Part shown: one piece after another, positions 52,860 through 64,000 of the stretch
Position numbering within the stretch: position 1 is the stretch's first letter
Layout: the number at the start of each line of letters is the position of its first letter
NCBI GenBank assembly: GCA_964016885.1
Contig: OZ024741.1
Span: forward strand, 43,772,001 to 43,836,000
DNA length: 64,000 nt
Direction: 5' to 3'
Origin: Eledone cirrhosa
Taxonomy: Eukaryota
Made by a program: the position numbers and the translations under genes
Notes under the pieces: model-generated
What the model was told of the DNA's origin: nothing
The model's database searches: none
Seen by the model: only the letters and a program-made list of their open reading frames with translations

Positions 52860-54981
52860 ATGGACCTTCATGAATTGGATTATTCAATCAAAAATATAGC
52901 TACTCCTTCCAACACAACGTATACCAAAATGCTTATAGATAAAATCGAAGAAGTCGTTAAAAGAATGAGATGGAAGGCAATGGTTTACGATGGACTATTC
53001 AGTGCTGATACTAATGATTGTTTTGACATAAAATCCCGTAAATATCCACCTAGAATTAAAGACATGGCCAGCTTCGAATTAGACCTTGTTAATTTAATTA
53101 GTGATATCAAATTTCGTAAGTACAATAATAATTTTCAAACTAAATTGTCTAATGATATTTCTAATTTTAAAAATTCTACAAACACTTTTGTTCTTTCCGA
53201 TAAAACTAAAAATCTCTTTGAAGTTAATAGTATTTTGTATAACCAACTTTTAAATAATAGTATCACCAACAAATATCAATTAAATAATAATAATACCTAC
53301 AATACTATTAATAAAGAAGCTAAAGAACTAGCTAGTTCTTTAAAAATAGACAACCGGATTGAAAGCCTAGCTAAACGTAAAGAATATATTACCCTTAAAG
53401 ACCATAAATTAGACTTTACTAATCGACCTAGTTGTAGACTGATTAACCCTGCTAAATCCGAAGTTGGCCTTGCAAGTAAAAAAATCTTAAGAAAAATAAT
53501 TCTCCAAATTAGAACTAAGACTGACCTATCACATTGGTTAAATACATCCTCTGTTATTTCTTGGTTTAATAATATACAAGGTAAAAATAAGTGTAGATTT
53601 ACCCAATTTGATATTGTTGATTTTTACCCCTCTATTACTGTTTCCTTATTAACTAATGCCTCAGAGTTTGCAAGACTCTTCATTAATATTTCTAAATTAG
53701 AAGAAGACATTATCTTTCATGCTAGAAAAACTTTACTCTTTACTAATGAAAGCATTTGGCTTAAAAAGTCAAACCCTGAAAACTCTTTTGATGTTCCAAT
53801 GACAGTGCGGATGTGTGTGACTTAGTAGGATTATTCCTTCTCCACACACTCAAAGAGAGAAATTTCCTTCCCATAATATCGGTTTATACCGTGACGACGG
53901 ATTGGCAGTTTCTCATACCACCAACGGCCATAACCTTGATAAATTCCGTAAAGATTTAATCAATACTTTTGCTAATCTTAACCTTAAAATTACTATAGAT
54001 ACGAACCTTACCAATGCTAACTTTCTTGACATTAATCTTGATCTACTTACTGCCTCTTTTAAACCTTATCATAAACTTAACGAAAATCTTAGATATATAC
54101 ACAAAGAGTCTAGCCATCCCCCTGTAGTTTTTAAAAATCTTATTCCCAACATTAGCCGTAGGATTTCTACCTTATCTTCGTCTCTAGATATTTTTAATAA
54201 AGCCGCCCCTTATTATAATAAATCCCTTAATAACAGCGGATTTACAGAACAAATTAATTATTTACCTACTCCCCCCTAAAACTAACCACATTAATAGGAA
54301 AAGGAAATTTTTTTGGTTTACACCCCCTTCTCTCTAACTGTCAAAACTAATGTAGGAAGGAAATTCCTTGACGTCTTAGATAAACATTTTCCTCCTAATC
54401 ATAGATATTATAAGATATTTAATAGAAATGTAGTTAAGATCAGTTACTCTTGTTGCCCATCAATGAAGTCTAAGATCACTAATTCAAATCGTACGAGAAC
54501 AAATCCAGGATGCAGTTGAAGGTAGCCGGATGAATGCCCATTACAAGGCAAATGTAACACCAAATCCGTTGTATGTGAGGCCAAAGTGACACCTTTAATC
54601 AACAACCAGCCAGCCAGGAGTGAAGGATATGTTGGCATGACCCAGGGCAGGTTTAAAACCAGGTTATATGCAGATGTCGCTTCTTTTAAGCACTCCGATA
54701 AAAGAACAGCAACGGCCCTCGCAAGTAAGGTCTGTGAATTCAAGGAAAAAAACATCCCGTACTCTATCGATTGGTCTATTTTAGACCATTCGAGGGAGTA
54801 CCAAAGGGGCATAAATAATTGTTCTTTGTGTACCACTGAAAAATATAGGATTTTACAAAACTTGAGAGCCACTTCTGCTTGCCTGAACTCAAAGACCGAG
54901 CTCTGCAGATGTTGTCCTCACCTGAAATCACATCTGATCTGTAACTGGATTGACATTCCTTCGATAACTCAACCGCCTTGA
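52860..54981 (+). pseudogene. PLE RT plus GIY-YIG polyprotein, with several frameshifts and stops
   Basis: YSIKNI..KRMRWKA, SDKTKNL, TLKDHK, RLINPAKSEVG, QFDIVDFYPSI, GLYRDDGL, NFLDI, SSHPP, CPLQGKC, YVGMT..FKTR, CSLCTTEK, LNSKTEL..CPH. Confidence 0.93.
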
Positions 54982-55184
54982 ACTCCTTCTCTGCTCTCTA
55001 CGCATTACATCAACTAGGTTTTTTTTTTACCTTCTTAATTCACTTTCTGTACTCTAGTATTCTCTTTCTCCCTTATCTCCCTTTACATTTAAACCTGTTC
55101 CTATGTCATTTATTTTCCTTTTTCCCCCCTACTTTCTGCCTTACCCTTCACATACCCAATTTTTCTATTTTTAGATATTTATTT

Positions 55185-57122
<1,938 letters not shown>

Positions 57123-57216
57123 TATTTTTCCTTTCCTTCTTCCTTTTCCAGCCTCACTTTCATATAGATTATATGTTTGTTTTTGAAATCCAATGCCAAT
57201 AAATGCACCAGGATTT

Positions 57217-57277
57217 TTTCATTCTGATGATTGAAAGGGAAATTTGTTTGCTTTTAAGAAACCACTGGTAAATGAAA
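57217..57277 (+). ncRNA. Type I hammerhead in 3' pseudo-LTR
   Basis: tttcatt-CTGATGA-ttgaaag...cttttaa-GAAA-ccactgg-TA-aatgaaa. Confidence 0.9.
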
Positions 57278-57302
57278 TAATTGCCTTATGTTGTTTATTA
57301 CA

Positions 57303-57365
<63 letters not shown>

Positions 57366-57756
57366 GCATGTACACACACATGAACGTGTTACACATATAG
57401 ACTCATACATGAACCAAGGGGGAGGAGGTGTTATTGGAATTATATATACATATGTATATATATATATATAGATGTGAGTGTGTGTGTGTGTATGTTTATA
57501 TGTGCGTGAATCTCTCTCTCTCTCTTTCTTTCCCTTTCTTTCTTTAACCTCAGCCCCCAGCCCTTCTCTCTGTGGCTACTGTTATGTATATGTGTATGCA
57601 TGTACTCTGATTTTTGGGGTCCCGTAATTTATCTGTTTTAAAAGAAATAATTCTATAAATTAAGTACCTGGTCCAATATAACTGACAAAATCCCTACAAG
57701 ACGCTGACCAGCATGACAAATGTCTAGCATTTAAATATTTTAAAAAGGATAAAATA

Positions 57757-58130
57757 ATTGTTTCTGTTTTTGGCACAACTCCAGCAATTATCCCAGCGCC
57801 TTACTGGAACTTTATTTTATCGACACCGTAAGGATGAAAGGCGAGATTTGAACTAAAGGGACGTAATTCTATGCTGCAAATCATGGTTTTTCAATCCTCT
57901 ACTGATACTGCCAATCCAACGCCCTTAAAAGGATAAAATAATTGTTTCTACTTTTGGCACAATGCCAGCAAATACCCAGTGTATTACTGGTACTTTACTT
58001 TATCGATCCCGTAAGGAAGAAAGGCAAAGTTAACCTCGGCGGGATTTGAACTCAGAATGGAAAGGGCCGTAACTCTATGCGTCAAAGCATGGCGTCCGAC
58101 CCTCTACCTATACTGCCAATCCACCGCCCT
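57757..58130 (-). mobile_element. Two tandem octopod SINEs
   Basis: Copies at about 57757-57925 and 57942-58130. aaaaggataaaataat occurs before, between and after them. Confidence 0.88.
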
Positions 58131-59193
58131 TAAAAGGATAAAATAATGAAGGATTATGTCATTAAGACAGTTTCGTAAACTTGAATTTAGCAATATTATG
58201 TATATATTTAAATTTGTCAATAGGAGACATTACTATTACAATAAAGCTTTCACTGTATCTTTTCATGATTATGAGATCTAATTCAATATAAAATGTAGGA
58301 ATTAAGACGTCTTTAAGTCTTCTTCATATCACATTAGAACTTTAAAACTTGTCATTGTTGATGAAAATAATCTGCTATTTTATTCACTTCTGGAAACCTA
58401 ACTAGTAATCAACGATTTATAAATATTATCAAATACATTCACCCTTCCATTTGCGTCATAGCTATTAACTGTTCAATTAATAGAATCTCTAAAACTCCAG
58501 ACATTTTCTGCTTTAGATATAGTTACATTAACACCTGCTATTTTATCTAACAATGTCATGAATATCTCAAGTGATTTTACAACTAAATATGCATTTACAT
58601 TCTTATTCATACATTATCTATAGAACGTGGATCACATCCTTCAATATTGTCCCTACGTTTGACCTTCTGCTATACGTTCTGTACAAAAACCGAGCTCTAG
58701 TCACATAACAACATTGCGACACAACTATTTCACATTTCACGTTACCCCACTCTTTTCTCCTCAACATTTCACTATATATATTTCTGACGCGCGTCCCAGT
58801 TTTCTTAATATCTAAGTGCATCACTCTTTCTTTAACTCTACCTATCTCTCCTATTTTCCTTTAATTCTCACTCACTTAGTTTTCCCCTCTCTCTCACCCA
58901 CTTACCCCTCTCTCTCTTTTTCTCTTTTCCTTTCCCAATCATACTTATGCTCAGATTAATAGATATGTATTTATATATATAGAGAGAAATACGAATTGAA
59001 AGAGAAAGATGACAAACAAGAAAGGTATATCGCCCCAGACTCTCTCTATTAGTTTTTGTCCATTGCCTTTCCTGAAGTCATCTATCTAACGCAAGAGTCA
59101 GGTGACTTTTATTCCTGCTCTATATTGTGTTCTATTTAGATTCAACAGTGCCCATCATGTTTCTGAATAATCGTTTAGAACAGGAAACGTTGT

Positions 59194-59302
<109 letters not shown>

Positions 59303-59323
59303 TATATATATATATAAATATAT

Positions 59324-59416
59324 ATATTTGCTCTACGGTTCTTATATATTTGATATATTTTTATCCTTATCGAGCCCTCTTTGGATTTTAGTCTTCAAAT
59401 TTATTATTATTACTAT
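59324..59416 (+). mobile_element. Short 3' tip of the 46-49 kb PLE pseudo-LTR
   Basis: Matches 48957-49051 and 6299-6390. Confidence 0.8.
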
Positions 59417-59732
59417 ATATATATACATATATGGTATTACGATTGTTGCTCTGAAATAGCGATGTATACATGAATGTATGTATAGTATATTTGGCAATAT
59501 ACTATATGTTTAATTAAAAAAATTTAGAAGACCATACGCTATGAGTTTTAAAGTAGTGAGTATGTCACTTATGTAAATACAAAGAGAGATACACACATGC
59601 ACTCCTGCACACATCCACACACCTACATCCACACATACACACACACACACATACATACATACATACATACATACATACATACATACATACATACATACAT
59701 ACATACATACATACATACATACATACATACAT

Positions 59733-62700
59733 AAATGGCGACCGTTGTGGTCAGTGTCCGATAATCGGACGTGTGTAATTACGGCTTACATGAAGGCAAC
59801 ATACCATATATTGGAAAAAGTTGAGCTACATTACGCGGTAAGATTACATACAATAATTCTACATAAGTGTTTGAACTGTAGGTGTGTTGTAAAACACCTA
59901 TTTATATGAACGATACATACACTTATGATATATGAACGATACATACACTTTAACATATAAATGCAACGTTGTTATATTACATTTATAAAGAAATATACAA
60001 GTAACGTTTTCGAATCAGAAACAAAAATATAAGTGTTAGAACTGTGAATATGTTGTGAATAGGTTGTAGAACACATATTTATATGAATGATACATAAACT
60101 TTAACGTATAAATACAGCGTTGTTATAATATATTACATTCATAAAGGAATATACTAAGTAACGGTTCTTTTTGTTCTCGATTCAAACGATTCAAAAACAA
60201 CGTTTAAAACACAGTTGTAGAATTAAAAACTAACTGAAAAGAAATATTACCCAAACTGTGAATAACTTTAAATTTGATTCTGACAGAACTTTGTCGTAAC
60301 TTTTAAAGAAGATCATCGACTATTTTGAAAAATAAATACGAAATATTAGTGAATAGACGAACTCATCATGGCAAAAAGTACAAGTCTCCTTCAACCAAAT
60401 CGCTACTACAACCGTTGTACACAGTGGAGCTACGAGCTTAACAAAGTATTATATGAAGCATACAAACAATCTGAACCCCAAAAGTTCGGTTTTATGCAAA
60501 GGCTAAAAACTTTATGGAACTCCAAACACCCGGAATTAGACTTTTCTCCAAAGCATCTAAATGAACAGGCAAAACGTATCATTAGATGTAAATTGATACA
60601 TCTAATGGAATTGAGTGATACTACAAATACAGCCCTTGTAGACAACCACCCCACCTCCACTGACAGACAAAGAGAATGGCCAGCTAAATCTAACAGTGAA
60701 CAGCTCACCAACAATTTTGCTGAAATCCATCCCACTTCCACTGAAGAACAGCGAGAAAGGTCAGCTGACTCTAGTAGTAATTGTGACCACATCAACAACG
60801 AGGCTGAAATTCATGAGTCTACTGAACAAACAGAGCACCGAAAAACTTGTGGGCACCCTACATGTGATATGGAACGATATGTTTCAAGAGATACAGAGCC
60901 TTAATGTGAGTGACAGACCATACAACACTAGAGTCAGTAAAGAACCCACTAAATTGGAATTGGAAGCGGTGAACGAAATAGCTGGAAATTATCTGAAGGC
61001 TATACGATCTAAAGGTGTAGAAACGACATTTGAAACGCTTAATGTTTTGTTATATGTTTCAGCTGTCACATTGCTATCATATAATACACATCTAAACCCA
61101 CGCAATCAAGATACAAACAGAAAGCCTGAACCAGCGTGGATGCGAAATTTAAAAACCAAAATTTTGTCCCTGAGACGAAGTATCTCACACATCGCAGTCG
61201 TTATGAAATGCAACATAGAGAGCAACTTCACACGACACCAGGAAGACCTAAAGAAAAAGTTAGAGAGACGATTTGGAGATACAAAATTTAAAACTTTGAA
61301 CTCCAAATTACACCAGTTGAAACAACAATTCACAGCTACAACAGAAAGACTAAAATATAATTCAACAACACATAAACGACAAGTGCTAAATAGATTGTTT
61401 GCCAGAGATCCTAAATCAGTTTATCGCAGCTTAGGTGGCAAAAGCCCAATCCCTGTAAACGACACCTCTTCAAATGAACAGGTTGAGAGCTACTGGAGAT
61501 CTGTATGGGAATCGGATGACGGATTCAACAGACAAGCTAATTGGCTAAAAGAACTGGAACAGGACTACTGCCAACATGTCCAGACAAAACAATATGACAT
61601 ACATGGGTCAATACTGGAAACAGCTCTACAGAAAATGTCGAATAGGAAATCGCCAGGCCCAGACCTCATTACAGGATACTGGTTGAAGAATTTCACTTTC
61701 TATCGGCAAGATCTCATACGGCTGTTTACAGAAACCATTAAGGGCACACAAGAACTGCCCAGATGGATATCAACTGCCACTACTCTCCTCATTCCCCAAA
61801 ATAGCCAAACCACCCTTGCTAAAAATTACCGCCCAATTGCCTGCCAAAACATCATGTATAAATTATATACTGGGTGCCTTAACCTGTTCTTACAGGATCA
61901 CTGTGCTACCAAAAAATCATAACTCCTGAGCAAGCTGGTGGAAAGTGGGAGGTGTGGGGTTGCATAGATCACCTACTAACTAACAAAATGATTCAGGAAA
62001 AAACAACAAAGAATCGCAGAAACATGACTGTCGTGTGGCTGGACTATCCAAAAGCATTTGATAGTGTACCTCATGGGTGGATTATTAAGGTTTTACAGTT
62101 AGCTAAAGTCCCACAACCATTGGTAGCTGCTGTTGAACGCCTGACCAAGAACTGGTACACCAACTTGATCCTTAGAGGTGAGAAGGAGCAGGTTAAGACT
62201 GATAAGATACATTACCAGACGCGCTTCTTTCAGGGTGATAGCTTGTCAGTGCTACTCTTCGATCTCTCACTGAATCCACTATCTTACCTACTCAGGAAAC
62301 AAGGTGGACAAAGAAGTGGGCCCAGAAGTATCTCCCATATTTTCTTTGTTGATGACCTGAAGTTGTATGGGCCAAATATCAATGACATCATGAAACAATT
62401 GGACCTCATTATACAATTTTCAACCGACATCAAAATGAAATTTGGTGAGTCCAAGTGTGCATATTTAGCAGTAAACCGTGGAAGAGCTGTGCCCTCCTCT
62501 AGAAATCTAGAGATGAACGGCCTGACAATACAACCTCTGCAGTCAGGTGACAACTACAGATATCTTGGACAGGATGAGAATGTCAGATATGATGGTCCCA
62601 TAAATAAGGAGAGAACCAGAACTGAATAGCACAGAAGAGTAAAGAAAATATGGTCATCAGAACTGTCAGCATACAACAAATACATTGCCCACAATACTTA

Positions 62701-63956
62701 TGCTGTGCCAATTCTAACGCCAACATTTGGCCTACTGAACTGGTCATTGCAAGAACTAAGTGAGATGGATGTTAGAACTCGAAAACTTCTCAGTGTTTCT
62801 GGGAACTTTAACATCAATGGTGATGTGGATAGGCTATACTTCTCACGCAAGGAAGGTGGCCGGGGTCTAAAATCAATATTAACAACATATGAGACCCGGA
62901 TAGTAACACTGAAGCAACACCTTCAACAGAGGAAAAAGGTTGGCAACCATCTTGCCCAGGTTTATGAGCATGAAAAAATAAATATCATTAGAATAGCGAC
63001 TGATCTGGAGGAGAGATATGGAATAAAGCCTGATATAAATCTCTCACCCAGAGAAATCGGAAGATCCTATTCAATGTTCAAACAAGATAAAAAAAATTGA
63101 CCAATTTACAGAAAAAGTTGTGCATGGATACTTGAGGCGTAAAACACAGACCATAGAGGGGATAAACCACTCAAAAAGCCTGGCATGGAGTTCCGACAAG
63201 TTTATGACATCACACCTTGAGGGATATCTCTATGCAATACAGGAACACAAACTCCCTACCAAATATCTGCTGCACAAAAGAGGAGGGCCAGCAGCTGCCA
63301 ATAAATGTAGGCTATGTAAAACAAAGATCGAGGATGTAAGCCACATTGTTGCCAGCTGCGAAAGAATGTCATCTCGCTATTACCTCCCCATGAGACACGA
63401 TGGGATAGCTAGAACCATCTGGAACGCACTTCGGAAAACAAAATTAACAACAAACGAGGAAGAATATATTGAGACAGATGGCACTAAGGAATACTGGTGG
63501 AACCTGAAAATAAAAACTGCCACCAAATTAAAGCACAACCGGCCTGATATTGTAGTTTGGGACCACACATTGAAAACGTGTTCTGTTGTGGAGATCAGCT
63601 GCCCACTTGATGTAAACGTTGTCAGAAAAATACAGAAGAAGGAGGACATCTACGGACCATTGATGAGGAGTTTACAAATCCAGTATCAAAGATACACCTT
63701 TAGCTTCATATCCATCATTATTGGTGCTACGGGTTATATACCAACCCGCTTAGACCAAAGTATGACTGAACTTGGATTTGCGGACAAAAGGCGCAGCTCC
63801 CTAATTCATAGTCTACAAATGGCTGCGACAGCTGGCACCTTCAAAATTTGCAAAACATTCTTGCGATTCAAGGGATGACAATTTCTTTTCCATTACAACC
63901 TTGACACCTGGAAGGTGGCCGGTCAAAAAAATATACTCGAAATTAAGAGAAAGACA
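59733..63956 (+). mobile_element. Near-full-length R4/Dong-clade retrotransposon flanked by (CATA)n
   Basis: 5' UTR with two diverged ~165-bp repeats, a single RT-RLE reading frame, a short 3' UTR, and (CATA)n at 59650-59732 and from 63957. Confidence 0.9.
60368..63878 (+). pseudogene. R4/Dong ORF (N-terminal domain, RT, zinc knuckle, restriction-like endonuclease), disrupted
   Basis: GFMQRLKTLWNSKHP, KSPGPDLITGYWLK, NYRPIAC, WLDYPKAFDSVPH, FQGDSLS, FVDDLKLY, RKEGGRGL, CRLC..EDVSHIVASC, RHD, NRPDIVV, EISCP. Confidence 0.93.
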
Positions 63957-64000
63957 ATACATACATACATGCATACATACATACCCATATATATATATAT

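Noticed and set aside
59733-59830. HDV-like ribozyme at the 5' end of the R4/Dong element
   Set aside because: I could not assemble the nested double pseudoknot by eye; this needs a covariance search.

Overview
Eukaryotic, AT-rich, microsatellite-saturated DNA, most likely from an octopod cephalopod, inferred from a SINE family I recognise as octopus-type. I can support no intact host gene, only possible decayed EGF/F-type-lectin exons at about 27-33 kb. The window is almost entirely retroelements sitting in microsatellites: two Tx1 (L1-group) LINEs in (ATT)n; R4/Dong RLE-type LINEs in (TAA)n and one near-full-length copy in (CATA)n; Penelope-like elements (PLEs) of Neptune-like and Naiad-like type in (TA)n; an RTE remnant; nine tRNA-SINE copies; and MITEs. 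The most notable signal lies outside the ORF track: a dense set of type I hammerhead ribozymes (HHRs). It comprises canonical ones in PLE pseudo-LTRs, four with the compensatory U3-A8 core, a family with a CAGAAG core, a 464-nt-unit retrozyme-like element, and several palindromic mini-elements that fold back inside the HHR stem II. There is also a PLE-like non-autonomous element carrying a tRNA mimic. All RNA folds were done by eye; clade assignments come from motif recognition, not database searches. Most short ORFs in the track are microsatellite artefacts.
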